Shown piece by piece: positions 9,266 to 19,122 of a DNA stretch of 64,000 bases. This DNA is from Gammaproteobacteria bacterium (GTDB lineage Bacteria > Pseudomonadota > Gammaproteobacteria > GCA-001735895). The notes beneath the pieces were generated by a model. That model ran no database searches. It had not been told where the DNA came from and worked only from the letters and a program-made list of their open reading frames with translations. Positions within the stretch are counted from its first letter, which is position 1, and each line of letters begins with the position of its first letter. The stretch lies in assembly GCA_050306135.1 (NCBI GenBank), contig JBNLGQ010000042.1:1233-65232 (forward strand), read 5' to 3'. The position numbers were made by a program, and so were the translations under genes.

Positions 9266-10726
9266 TTAAAATATGGATAGGTATTCATTTTCTTCCCAGT
9301 CAGTAACCGTGGCCATGAACCGATCCCATTCAGCCTGCTTAATGGTTGAATAATAATCGACGAAAGCATCTCCCAGGGTTTCTCGATAGAATTTACTTTC
9401 ACGAAACGCCTGCAGGGCTTCTAGCAAGGTTTTCGGTAGTCTCTCTGCATCACTGTCGTAGGGGTTGTTCACTGCAGGCGGTGACTCTAAACCACGTTTG
9501 ATACCATCCATGCCACTGACAACCTGTGAAAGCATATACAGATAAGGATTGGCTGCTGGCTCACCTACTCTGTTTTCTATACGACTGGCAGGGTCTCCAG
9601 GACCTGATAGAACACGTAGCATCGCACCCCGGTTATCTCGTCCCCACTGTATACGATCGGGCGCCAGAGAGAATTCACGATAGCGTTTGTAACCATTGAT
9701 AGTGGGCGTTGAGAACAGGCAGCTTTCACGCGCATGCTGCAGAAGTCCGGCAATCCATTGATGCCCTAAATCTGAAATAACACCCTCTTCAGGTGTAAAC
9801 AGGTTATCACCTGTTTTGCTATCGATGACTGATTGATGAAGATGCCATCCACTTGCCATTGCCTCCTTAAAACGAGGTCGACACATAAAGGTGGCATGTA
9901 AACCATTGCGACGGCATACCTGTTTAACCATGGAGCGGAATAAAATCATCGTATCCGCCTGCTGCATAGCTTGCTGAGGCTCAAAAGTCACTTCACATTG
10001 GCTTGGGCCAAACTCGACTTCAAAAGAGCGCACAGGTAATCCTAGAGCACGAGCATTTTTGCGAATCAGTGCAAATACGTCTTCCTGCTGATCATAGATA
10101 TCTTCAGTCAGATATTGATAGCCCTGAGAGATTAGACTTACTTTAGGTGGAGCTCCAGGCTGACCGGCGTCTTCAAGATTGAGTGGAACATCCAGTGCTT
10201 TGAAGACATAAAATTCGACTTCAAGCCCGGTAATAAACTGTCGACTGGAACGCTCCAGTTCTGCCAGTGCTTTAGCCAGTAACCCTCGTGTGGAGAACGC
10301 ATTGACTGTGCCATCGGTATTATAGAGATCCGATAGCATCCAGCCGTTACCGGCTGCCCAGGGCAGGATTTTAAAACTTAGAGGGTCTGGTACCATAACA
10401 AGATCTGATGCACCGGTCATAGCGCCATCACCGAATCCTGCATCTGTCTTCCAGATTGGAAAAACGGTACGATGTGACGTGTCTTTTAACAATAATGTGG
10501 ATGTCATAGTGACACCACTCCTGAAACATGACACAAGCGCATCGGCAGCGATTGTCTTGCCACGCAATATCCCGTGCTGATCAACGAAAGAAATCCGCAC
10601 TACTTCAATATTGTTTTCTTCAATTGACTTGATAACTTCACTGGCTGCCGACTTTTGTTGTGGCGTCCATAATCCATATCTGTCGATAAAAGGACGCGAA
10701 TCGAATGATTGAGTAGTATCGTTCAT
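9266..10726 (-). CDS. Glutamine synthetase family protein (probable gamma-glutamyl-amine/amide synthetase)
   Basis: GS catalytic-domain motifs are present: EVEFYVF, GWHLHQS and ENRVGEPAANPYLYM. The likely start is the ATG at 10726 (MNDTTQSF...), 16 nt after the Rieske gene stop. The track ORF start at 10834 would overlap the upstream gene by 92 nt. Confidence 0.75.
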   Translation of the reverse strand: MNDTTQSFDSRPFIDRYGLWTPQQKSAASEVIKSIEENNIEVVRISFVDQHGILRGKTIAADALVSCFRSGVTMTSTLLLKDTSHRTVFPIWKTDAGFGDGAMTGASDLVMVPDPLSFKILPWAAGNGWMLSDLYNTDGTVNAFSTRGLLAKALAELERSSRQFITGLEVEFYVFKALDVPLNLEDAGQPGAPPKVSLISQGYQYLTEDIYDQQEDVFALIRKNARALGLPVRSFEVEFGPSQCEVTFEPQQAMQQADTMILFRSMVKQVCRRNGLHATFMCRPRFKEAMASGWHLHQSVIDSKTGDNLFTPEEGVISDLGHQWIAGLLQHARESCLFSTPTINGYKRYREFSLAPDRIQWGRDNRGAMLRVLSGPGDPASRIENRVGEPAANPYLYMLSQVVSGMDGIKRGLESPPAVNNPYDSDAERLPKTLLEALQAFRESKFYRETLGDAFVDYYSTIKQAEWDRFMATVTDWEENEYLSIF

Positions 10727-10742
10727 AGATATATTTTCGCTG

Positions 10743-12065
10743 TTATTCGCCTTTAGCCCAGCTTGAATCGGCGCGTCGTTTTTTATCATAGTCATGCCAG
10801 GAGTTACTCCAGTTATCGACCGGAGCAATGGCATCTACAGCGATGGGACCATGAATACCTCTTGCCTTAGTTTCGTCGACTATCAGGGGAAGATCCTTCA
10901 CTCCGTCACCATTTTCCAACTGTCTAATCGCGTTACGCAGAATCTTACGGTATTTCTTTATAGCTACATCCGTGCTGCCCAGGTGCTCATCCGTTCTATC
11001 CTGAATCTGCCCCATAGATTCACAGGCCCATTGATCATGCACGTTGATATCCATTCCCATACCGGTATAGGTTTTGTTTTTCTGCTCTTCAGGATCAAAC
11101 AGATAGTTATTCGCCTTGTTTCGGATAGGAGCATAGTCGGGTACGGTTTGCGATTCCAGGCGTTGTGCTCGCATCTTTTCCTTATCTACCGGATCAGTGA
11201 AGCTGGTAAACATCGAATACCAGTAACAGTTATAATCGTCGATGGGAACATGCCACTGGGTTATCGTCATTTCTCGCGACATGGGGATATGAATAGCACA
11301 GGGGAAAACCTGATTGGTAATACGTACATGCATTTGCCCATTGTTTAGATTACGTAGCGTGGTCAGGCGAAGGCCCCAGTCGGTCTCTTCTACTCGAATC
11401 TCGGGGCGGTCAAATTCGCGTAGTACTTTGGTCAGCGGAATACCCGTATCTGCGGCTGAATCACGAAACTGTTTGCCATAGCCCTCTTCAGGCGCTTCAT
11501 CTTCAGCAAAGCGATGCAGGAAGGATGCATGCACAGGATCGATGCCGACTTCCAGAGCCTGTAGCCAGTTACATTCCCAGAGACCTTTGTAAGAGAACAC
11601 GTGAGAGTCAGGCGCAACAAAACAATCAAAATCTGGAAATGCTGGCGCTTCGCCCTCTCCCATGAATGCCCAGATGATGCCATTCTTTTCGATCGCGGGA
11701 TAGGCTTTGATTTTCACATTTTCATGCATACGGGAACCTTCAGGCTCACCCGGTTGCCCTGTACATTGTCCTGTAGCATCAAAATGCCAGCCATGAAAAG
11801 GGCAACGCAGGCCATTGTTCTCAACACGGCCTATACACAGGTCGACTCCACGATGGGCACAGCTACGTTGAACCAGAGCTGGTTTTCCATCCTCGGTACG
11901 GAACAGTGCCAGGTTTTCACCTAACAAACGAACAGGTACTACAGATCTACCGAATTCCAGTTCTTCACTTAACGCTGCTGGCATCCAGTATTGACGCATT
12001 AAAGTGCCTGCAGGAGTACCTGGACCGATACGGGTTATTTCATCATTCTTTTGCTGGCTCATCAT
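10743..12065 (-). CDS. Rieske non-heme iron oxygenase, catalytic (alpha-type) subunit, single-subunit GbcA/CntA/Stc2-like architecture
   Basis: Rieske motif CAHRG...CPFHGWHF and mononuclear iron motif DPVHASFLH. No beta-subunit or reductase gene is adjacent. Confidence 0.8.
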   Translation of the reverse strand: MMSQQKNDEITRIGPGTPAGTLMRQYWMPAALSEELEFGRSVVPVRLLGENLALFRTEDGKPALVQRSCAHRGVDLCIGRVENNGLRCPFHGWHFDATGQCTGQPGEPEGSRMHENVKIKAYPAIEKNGIIWAFMGEGEAPAFPDFDCFVAPDSHVFSYKGLWECNWLQALEVGIDPVHASFLHRFAEDEAPEEGYGKQFRDSAADTGIPLTKVLREFDRPEIRVEETDWGLRLTTLRNLNNGQMHVRITNQVFPCAIHIPMSREMTITQWHVPIDDYNCYWYSMFTSFTDPVDKEKMRAQRLESQTVPDYAPIRNKANNYLFDPEEQKNKTYTGMGMDINVHDQWACESMGQIQDRTDEHLGSTDVAIKKYRKILRNAIRQLENGDGVKDLPLIVDETKARGIHGPIAVDAIAPVDNWSNSWHDYDKKRRADSSWAKGE

Positions 12066-12082
12066 AGCGTGAATTCTCTTTA

Positions 12083-12544
12083 TTATTTAACCGTTGTATC
12101 AACCTTCTTATCAACTGATAACATGGTTCTAATGTCTTCTGGTACCGGCTGCGCCACCATTTTTTCTGGATTATCCGGGTCAGAGTAACCCCAAACTCGA
12201 ACTTCGTTGCCTAGCGCTACTGGATCAGGGTCATCACCCTGCCTGAATTCATGGCTAACCACAAACGAGGTATTACCAAATTTTTCTACTTTTGAGCTTA
12301 GCTCTGTGATATCGCCAAAATATAACGGACGCTTAAATGCCATATTACTGGCAACCAGAGGGAATCCCCTGAAGAGTTTATCTTCACGAATCTTTTGTGG
12401 TAGATCAAAACCGGCAGCCTGAAGCATTGAATGCGATCCACCATCCATCCAGATGTAATAATGGGGGTTAAAGATAATACCTGCAGCATCGCAGTGTGCC
12501 CATTCGACTCTAATTCTTTGAATAGCTGTGAACATTGATAACAA
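12083..12544 (-). CDS. Hotdog-fold acyl-CoA thioesterase (4HBT/YbgC-like)
   Basis: 153-aa protein with the typical 4HBT N-terminal region (HCDAAGIIFNPHYYIWMD). Confidence 0.6.
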   Translation of the reverse strand: MLSMFTAIQRIRVEWAHCDAAGIIFNPHYYIWMDGGSHSMLQAAGFDLPQKIREDKLFRGFPLVASNMAFKRPLYFGDITELSSKVEKFGNTSFVVSHEFRQGDDPDPVALGNEVRVWGYSDPDNPEKMVAQPVPEDIRTMLSVDKKVDTTVK

Positions 12545-12672
12545 TCCTACAATGAGTTAACGCAGTCATGGCGCGTGATAGCGTGGCAATCTTTTACAGC
12601 ATTTCCAATTGTTGATAGATTGCCGCGCTACCGCTCGCAATGACAGAAATGGTTGATGTCAGCTAAGACACC

Positions 12673-13383
12673 TTAAATACCCAGATAACGTGATTTTAAT
12701 TCAGCATCATGAGTCAGCAATTCTGAATTACCTTGCCAGACCACCTTACCTTTTTCAACGATATAGTGTTGGTCGGCGATATCGGCAAATTCATCTATAT
12801 TTTTGTCGATGAGTAATATAGTCAAGCCGGTTTCTTTTAACTGTTCGAGGCGCCGCCAAATTTCCTGACGAATCAATGGTGCTAATCCTTCGGTAGCTTC
12901 ATCTAGAATCAACAGCCGTGGATTAAGCATAAGCGCTCGTCCTATTGCCAGCATTTGCTGTTCTCCACCCGATAACTGGTTGCCCATATTATCCAGTCGC
13001 TCACTCAAACGAGGGAAAAACTCGAGGACTTTTTCCAGAGTCCAGGGATTACTGCTACCACTGTAATTGGCTGCAGTAGCTATCAGATTTTCAAGCACGG
13101 ATAAATTCGGAAAAATCTGTCGGCCTTCAGGTACCAGACCTATTCCGAGTTGTGCGACCTCATAAGCGGGCCTACCCGATATCACTTTGCCCCCAAACTT
13201 TATTTCACCACTACGAATGGACATAATACCCTGTATAGAAGAAACCGTAGTCGTTTTCCCCATGCCGTTACGACCTATCAGGGTAGTCACCTCACCTTCC
13301 TTACACTGCAGAGTCATTCCAAATAGGGCCTGAATCGTGCCATAAAAAGATTCTACATTGTTCAACTCAAGCATGGCTGTCAC
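12673..13383 (-). CDS. Branched-chain-amino-acid-type ABC transporter ATP-binding protein (LivF-like)
   Basis: Walker A GRNGMGKTT, signature LSGGEQQMLAIGRAL, Walker B LILDE. Confidence 0.85.
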   Translation of the reverse strand: MTAMLELNNVESFYGTIQALFGMTLQCKEGEVTTLIGRNGMGKTTTVSSIQGIMSIRSGEIKFGGKVISGRPAYEVAQLGIGLVPEGRQIFPNLSVLENLIATAANYSGSSNPWTLEKVLEFFPRLSERLDNMGNQLSGGEQQMLAIGRALMLNPRLLILDEATEGLAPLIRQEIWRRLEQLKETGLTILLIDKNIDEFADIADQHYIVEKGKVVWQGNSELLTHDAELKSRYLGI

Positions 13384-14119
13384 CTAAGTAGGCCTGTTGC
13401 ACTTCTATATTGTTACGAATGTTTTCTACCGTATCAGTTGCAATCACATGTCCATTCACCAGCACAGAGAGTTTATCAGCCATACGGAATACGGCATCCA
13501 TATCATGCTCTACCAGCAGGATAGTGATATCACCCTTTAGACGATTTAATATTTCCACCATCACTTCGCCCTCTTCCTTACCCATACCAGCCATAGGTTC
13601 GTCAAGTAGCATCATGCGTGGCTTCATCGCCAGCGCCATTGCGAGTTCGAGCTGGCGTTGTTCACCATGGGATACATTAGCCGCAATACTTTGCGCTCTA
13701 TCTTCCAGTCCCAGTTGCGCCAGACATTGCATAGCAGCATCTTTCATCTTTGTATCATTTTTGACGGGTTTCCAGAAGCGGAATGAATGACCGCTGGTAC
13801 CCTGGATAGCTAGCATGACATTTTCCAGTAATGTCATTGGTAGTACTACGCTGGTAATTTGAAAAGATCGAGCCAGACCCTCATGAGCTCGACGTGCCAT
13901 ACTGTAATCGACAATACTATGGCCACCAAAGCGAATATCACCTGAGTCGGGTTTAATCTGCCCGGAAAGCTGAGAAATCAAGGTTGTTTTACCTGCTCCG
14001 TTGGGACCAATAATGGCATGTATTTTTCCTTCTTCGACCATTAAGTTCACATCATCGGTAGCACGTATACCGCCAAAACTTTTGTTAAGCCCGGTAACCT
14101 CAAGCAGATGATTAGCCAT
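13367..14119 (-). CDS. Branched-chain-amino-acid-type ABC transporter ATP-binding protein (LivG-like)
   Basis: Walker A GPNGAGKTT, signature SHGEQRQLELAMAL, Walker B LLDEP. Overlaps the downstream ATPase gene by 17 nt. Confidence 0.85.
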   Translation of the reverse strand: MANHLLEVTGLNKSFGGIRATDDVNLMVEEGKIHAIIGPNGAGKTTLISQLSGQIKPDSGDIRFGGHSIVDYSMARRAHEGLARSFQITSVVLPMTLLENVMLAIQGTSGHSFRFWKPVKNDTKMKDAAMQCLAQLGLEDRAQSIAANVSHGEQRQLELAMALAMKPRMMLLDEPMAGMGKEEGEVMVEILNRLKGDITILLVEHDMDAVFRMADKLSVLVNGHVIATDTVENIRNNIEVQQAYLGDSHA

Positions 14120-15081
14120 TACTTAACTTCTCCTTTTCTATCCAGCAGTGTTAGCCAGCCATGGATACCACCCTTGCCAAACATGACCAGTGCAACCAGT
14201 AACACACCAAATATCAAATGCCAGTAAATAGTGATGGCAGACAGGCCTTCTTCTAACAGTACAAAAATCATGGTGCCAATTAATGGACCCAAAAAAGAAC
14301 TCACGCCACCAATGATAGCCATAAACATCAGTTCACCAGAACGTGCCCAGCTAATCATGTCAGGACTGATAAAGCCTGAAAAATTACCCATTAACACACC
14401 AGCCAGACTACACATCATTGCTGAAATTACATAACAGCTCAGGCGATAACGATAGGTGTTAAAACCCAGTGCCTGCATACGTTCTTCATTATGTTTTGAA
14501 CCTACAATAACGCGACCAAAACGAGCCATCACCAGGCGCCAGGTAAAAAACAGAGACAGTAGCAGGACAGCAAATATCCAGTAATAAAGCTGAGTATTAC
14601 TCTCCATGCTAATCAGTTCTGGGAATTCACTACGTGAGTAAATTACGAGACCATCATCCGCGCCATATTCTTCCAGACTTACAAAGGTGAAATACACCAT
14701 TTGGCTGAAAGCCATGGTGATCATAATAAAATATACGCCTTTGGTGCGTAGGCTGATTGCTCCGGTTATTAAAGCAAAGGTCCCACTTACCGAGAGTGCG
14801 AGTGCCAGGTGTAACCAGCCATTATAATAATCATAATAAGAAGGTATACCGACGCAGTAAGCGCCAATACCAATATAAGCAGCATGCCCCAGACTCACCA
14901 TGCCACCAAAACCCAGAATCAAATTCAAACTAATAACGGCAATACTGAGGATTAACGCTCGACTCAATACATCAAGATAAAAAGGTTTATCAATCCATTC
15001 AAATATAAATGGTGCCAGTGCTAGTAATATCAGCAATATAGCGTAAATACGACCGGAAGTACTTTTTGGGAAAAACACCAT
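14119..15081 (-). CDS. ABC transporter permease (LivM-like)
   Basis: Polytopic membrane protein. Start and stop overlap the neighbouring genes (ATGA junctions). Confidence 0.8.
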   Translation of the reverse strand: MVFFPKSTSGRIYAILLILLALAPFIFEWIDKPFYLDVLSRALILSIAVISLNLILGFGGMVSLGHAAYIGIGAYCVGIPSYYDYYNGWLHLALALSVSGTFALITGAISLRTKGVYFIMITMAFSQMVYFTFVSLEEYGADDGLVIYSRSEFPELISMESNTQLYYWIFAVLLLSLFFTWRLVMARFGRVIVGSKHNEERMQALGFNTYRYRLSCYVISAMMCSLAGVLMGNFSGFISPDMISWARSGELMFMAIIGGVSSFLGPLIGTMIFVLLEEGLSAITIYWHLIFGVLLVALVMFGKGGIHGWLTLLDRKGEVK

Positions 15082-16004
15082 TACTTCTTCCCTGCCGGGG
15101 GAAACAGCCCCTGTGGTCGAAAGGCCAGCACCGCAGCCATTAGTATATAAACCAGCATTGCTGACAATGCAGGTGCGGCAGTTTCAGCGTAGTTATTAGG
15201 CATAGCCAGTTTAAGTAACACATCAAGGTAGGAACGGCTCAAGGTATCAATCAAACCCAGAATCATAGCCGCATAAAATGCCCCTTTAATCGACCCTATG
15301 CCTCCGATAATAACCACCACGAATGCGATAATAATGATATCGTTACCCATGCCTATACTGGCTTCGGTAATTGGAGCAATAAGCATGCCTGCCAGTCCAG
15401 CCATGGCTGCACCCAGTGCAAATACGATGAGGAATAATCGATTAATATTCACGCCCAGAGCTTCAACCATTACTCGATTTGAAGCCCCCGCTCTTATCAG
15501 CATACCCAGACGTGTTTTTGAAACCAGAAAGTAAAGTGCTGCCGCTACCACCAATCCTGCAAATATAATCAACAGTCTGTAGGTAGGTAGCTCGACTCCA
15601 GCTAATGTGATTTGACCATTTAGAGATGCAGGTAGACGTATTGCCATACCAGATGCACCCCAGATTAAATGTACCAGAGTATCGAATATTAATATCAGAC
15701 CAAAAGTAACCAGCACATGGTCAAGATGATCCGCGCGGTATAACTTTCTGACAATTGCCCATTCGACGATGGCACCAATAATAAAAACTCCAATCAGTCC
15801 TAGCACTATACCAAGCAGAAATGAGCCACTATAGGCAACTACACTACCGCAGAAATAGGCACCAATCATATAGAAGGAGCCATGAGACAGGTTGATAAAG
15901 TCCATGATGCCAAAGATCAGGGTCAATCCAGAGGCCAGTAAAAACAATAACAACCCGAGCTGCAGCCCATTCATCAATTGAGAGATGAGAAGATTCCAGT
16001 CCAT
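15081..16004 (-). CDS. ABC transporter permease (LivH-like)
   Basis: Polytopic membrane protein of the HAAT family pattern, in operon. Confidence 0.8.
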   Translation of the reverse strand: MDWNLLISQLMNGLQLGLLLFLLASGLTLIFGIMDFINLSHGSFYMIGAYFCGSVVAYSGSFLLGIVLGLIGVFIIGAIVEWAIVRKLYRADHLDHVLVTFGLILIFDTLVHLIWGASGMAIRLPASLNGQITLAGVELPTYRLLIIFAGLVVAAALYFLVSKTRLGMLIRAGASNRVMVEALGVNINRLFLIVFALGAAMAGLAGMLIAPITEASIGMGNDIIIIAFVVVIIGGIGSIKGAFYAAMILGLIDTLSRSYLDVLLKLAMPNNYAETAAPALSAMLVYILMAAVLAFRPQGLFPPAGKK

Positions 16005-16081
16005 AATGCTTACCAGGATTTTTTTGGAGAAGTTAACCGGTTCCGAACAAGCTTCAGAACCGGGAGAAGAGAGCTAACTTT

Positions 16082-17272
16082 TTATTTCATCTTACATTGA
16101 GAGGCGTAAGGATCCTGATGGTTTGTGTATACTGTACTTACGATTTTTGTGGTCCAGCGACCTTCTGCGTCAGCAACAACTTCACGAAGGTAGAAATTCT
16201 GGATAGGCATATGGTTATTGCCATAGGTATATCTACCTCGAACAGAATCAAAATCAGCTGCTTTTAATGCCTTACGAATAGCATCTTTATCTTTTAAATT
16301 ACCACCAACCGCTTCAACAGCAGACTTAATCAGCATGATTGAATCATAAGATTGTGCACCATAGAACGATGGGTACTTACCATACTTTTTCAGGTAATCA
16401 GATACAAATCGTTTATTGGTTGGGTTATCCATATCGGGGGACCATTCCTGAGTATTCTTGGTACCCAGCACACCTTTTAAACCTGCCTGCTGTAACTTAG
16501 GTAATGCGATTGAATCAACAGTAAAAACGGTATATAGCGGCATCTCATCCTGCAGACCGGCCTGTTGATATTGTTTAATAAAAGCACCACCGGCTTTACC
16601 AGGATAGAATATGAAGATAGCTTCAGCACCAGATGCCTTGGCTTTTGCCAGTTCAGCAGAAAAATCGAGCTGGGCATCTGCACCCCACTTGGTCAGATCC
16701 TTACCCACTACCTTCCCTTTGAAGGTATTTTCTACGCCAGCCGCCATGTCTTTACCCGCAGCATAGTTAGGGACCATGATATAGATCGATTTAACGCCTT
16801 GTTGATTCAGATACTCACCCATTGCCATCGGCGTCTGGTCATTCTGCCAGGAGGTAGAGAAGAAGTTTTTATTACAACGCTTGCCTGCGATTTGGGAAGG
16901 CCCTGCATTTGTACTGATAAGGAATTTGTCTGCTCTTACTACTGAATTCATGGATGCCAGTAATACATGAGACCAGAGATAACCTGCAACAAAATCAACA
17001 TCATCCTGTTTAACCAGCTTATCTGTCTTTTGCTTGCCCACATCAGGTTTAAAGCCATCGTCTTCCATGATTAATTCAACATCCAGGTTGCCCATTTTGT
17101 TACCAATATGGTCGAGCGCAATTTCTACTGAATTTTTTACATCTTCACCAATGACACCTGCTGGCGTGGTGAGTGTGGTAACAAAACCAATTTTAACGCT
17201 ATCGGCCTGAGTAACACCGGTCGTAGCAAGAGCTGCTGCGACAACCGCAGTCTGAATTATTTTAGAAAACAT
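16082..17272 (-). CDS. Periplasmic substrate-binding protein, Liv/amide/urea-type (family 4 SBP)
   Basis: Signal peptide (MFSKIIQTAVVAAALATTGVTQA) on a roughly 370-aa periplasmic binding fold. It is the first gene of the minus-strand operon. Confidence 0.8.
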   Translation of the reverse strand: MFSKIIQTAVVAAALATTGVTQADSVKIGFVTTLTTPAGVIGEDVKNSVEIALDHIGNKMGNLDVELIMEDDGFKPDVGKQKTDKLVKQDDVDFVAGYLWSHVLLASMNSVVRADKFLISTNAGPSQIAGKRCNKNFFSTSWQNDQTPMAMGEYLNQQGVKSIYIMVPNYAAGKDMAAGVENTFKGKVVGKDLTKWGADAQLDFSAELAKAKASGAEAIFIFYPGKAGGAFIKQYQQAGLQDEMPLYTVFTVDSIALPKLQQAGLKGVLGTKNTQEWSPDMDNPTNKRFVSDYLKKYGKYPSFYGAQSYDSIMLIKSAVEAVGGNLKDKDAIRKALKAADFDSVRGRYTYGNNHMPIQNFYLREVVADAEGRWTTKIVSTVYTNHQDPYASQCKMK

Positions 17273-17440
17273 CTCACATCCTCTTTTACAGTTTATTTAT
17301 TAGTTATTGATAAGGGCTATCAATAAGTATTACTTTTTGTTTCTGAGTATCAATACTGCCACCAACCGATTATCTCTACAAACATTGTGTGAGCTTCATG
17401 CTGCCAGAGTCACTACAGGGTTGAGTACCAAAACCGTTAA

Positions 17441-17520
17441 AATGCATTATTATGCATGCGTCTGGATACTAATCTCTGCAATATGCACTGTCAAGAACTA
17501 TACTGCATGCAAATAGGTCA
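17441..17520. promoter_or_regulatory. TGCA-rich operator-like region containing a TGCA-N6-TGCA element (ATGCATTATTATGCAT at 17442-17457)
   Basis: Read directly: about 7 TGCA tetramers in 80 bp, including TGCA-ttatta-TGCA. This motif type is the one recognised by BzdR/BoxR regulators. Confidence 0.4.
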
Positions 17521-17760
17521 ACTGGATTACTGTGAAAATTATTGATCGAATTCTTTGTAACCTATATTAGAGTAAACAGGATATAACTATTAAGCTCATG
17601 AAAAAGAACTGATCAAAGCATTTTTTGCTATCAACATAATATCTCCGAAGAGATTATATTGATAATTACCATGTATTATATTTCTCATTCATATTGTGAA
17701 TGATAGTAATTAATAATGCATGAAAATTTGAAAACATAATGTCCCAAATTCCATCTTACC

Positions 17761-17816
17761 TGCATTATAATTTCGCTCATTGCACCTTCATTGCACCTTC
17801 ATTGCATTAGCTTGCA
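17761..17816. promoter_or_regulatory. Direct repeat array (cattgcacctt x2.7), TTGCA every 10-11 bp, upstream of the MFS gene
   Basis: tcattgcacct tcattgcacct tcattgcatt agcttgcact read directly. Helical-turn phasing suggests a regulator binding array in the 5' leader of the MFS gene. Confidence 0.4.
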
Positions 17817-17917
17817 CTATATTGCTACACTCACTGCCGATATGTGAAGCTGATCTATTTGAAAGAAATCACTATAAACACCCTAAATCTCTCCGCTTTT
17901 CTGGGAATAGCAGTTAT

Positions 17918-19099
17918 ATGAATAAAACCCACTGGACCAACGTCGGGATCGCATTTTTTGCTGGTTGTATAACCGCCTTCCAGATTGGTAAAGCCTTTGC
18001 TTCTCTAGCATTAATTATTGACGAACTCTCCCTTAGCCTGGTTCAGGCGGGCTCTCTGCTATCTTTATTCACCCTGATCGCCGCCCTGGCAGGCTCAGGA
18101 TTTGGACTACTGGCTGATCGCATTGGCCACTTACATATGGCACTTGCTGGACTGGTCATCTCTGCCAGCGGTGCTTTTCTGGGTTCAATGGCAGATGGGC
18201 TGTCATTTCTGATGTTTTCGCGTCTGGTCGAAGGATTCGGTTTTATCATGTCTATTGTTGCCCTGCCCTCGTTAATGAGCCGTTCTGCTAGCGATGAAGA
18301 TAGACCTCTGGTGATGGGCATCTGGGCAGCTTTTATGCCAACAGGAATCGGTCTATCGATGATCATTACACCGCTACTACTGGAGTTACATGGATGGCGT
18401 GGGTTATGGAATGATATAGGATTAATTATGCTTGCCTGGGCAGTGATTATATATTTTGCTTTTCGTAACCATAGAAAAAAACATGCAGTACCCACGAACT
18501 CACTCAACTTCATCAACAGTATTCTTAGGATAGGTCCATTGCTAGTGGTCACCGGGTTTATCTGTTACTCGACTCTGTACCAGTCACTTACTGCTTTTCT
18601 ACCGACTATGCTGGTTCAGAACTATGCGGTAGCTATCGATAAAGCCGCGCATTTTGGTGCCATCGTAGTTGTTGGCAACATCATTGGTAATATTTCCGCA
18701 GGCTGGTTGATAGGTCGAGGTATGGCACCCTGGAAGGTCGTTACTATGGCTTTTAGCGCCATGTTAGTCTGTGCCTCGATGGTATTTGCCAGCATGACAG
18801 ACCCAGTGACAAAGGTCATTGCTGGGTTTCTGTTTTCAGCATTTGGGGGCCTCTTTCCAGGTACGGCTTTTGTGCTCGCATCACGTTTCTCACCCAGTCC
18901 ATCGCATATGGCGCTCATGACAGGCCTGATTTTACAGGGTGCGGGCATTGGGCAAACTTTGGGCCCTATGATGGTTAGCTCGGTAGTTGAATATAATGAT
19001 AACTGGAATTATGCCATCCTGGTCGTCGTCTTAATGGCTACTATAGGTCTTAGCTGTGCCTGGCAGTTGAGCAAAACTAAAGAGGCTTCAAATAGCTGA
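17918..19099 (+). CDS. MFS transporter (12-TM)
   Basis: Polytopic protein with MFS loop motifs. The start was reassigned to the ATG at 17918 (MNKTHWTNVGIAFFAG). The track ORF begins 138 nt upstream inside the repeat array. Confidence 0.75.
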   Translation: MNKTHWTNVGIAFFAGCITAFQIGKAFASLALIIDELSLSLVQAGSLLSLFTLIAALAGSGFGLLADRIGHLHMALAGLVISASGAFLGSMADGLSFLMFSRLVEGFGFIMSIVALPSLMSRSASDEDRPLVMGIWAAFMPTGIGLSMIITPLLLELHGWRGLWNDIGLIMLAWAVIIYFAFRNHRKKHAVPTNSLNFINSILRIGPLLVVTGFICYSTLYQSLTAFLPTMLVQNYAVAIDKAAHFGAIVVVGNIIGNISAGWLIGRGMAPWKVVTMAFSAMLVCASMVFASMTDPVTKVIAGFLFSAFGGLFPGTAFVLASRFSPSPSHMALMTGLILQGAGIGQTLGPMMVSSVVEYNDNWNYAILVVVLMATIGLSCAWQLSKTKEASNS

Positions 19100-19122
19100 C
19101 GAAAGGGTCACATAACACTTAA

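Noticed and set aside
10794-11348. 184-aa plus-strand ORF
   Set aside because: It is antisense to the Rieske oxygenase gene, whose motifs are unambiguous. It is a shadow ORF.
17778-17808. Tandem repeat cattgcacctt considered as a CRISPR or minisatellite
   Set aside because: There are only about 2.7 copies of an 11-bp unit, no spacers and no cas genes. It is better explained as a phased regulator-binding array.
17780-17917. Upstream 46-codon extension of the MFS ORF
   Set aside because: The extension runs through the direct-repeat array and encodes a non-membrane peptide. The ATG at 17918 gives a normal MFS N-terminus, so the extension is treated as leader or regulatory DNA.
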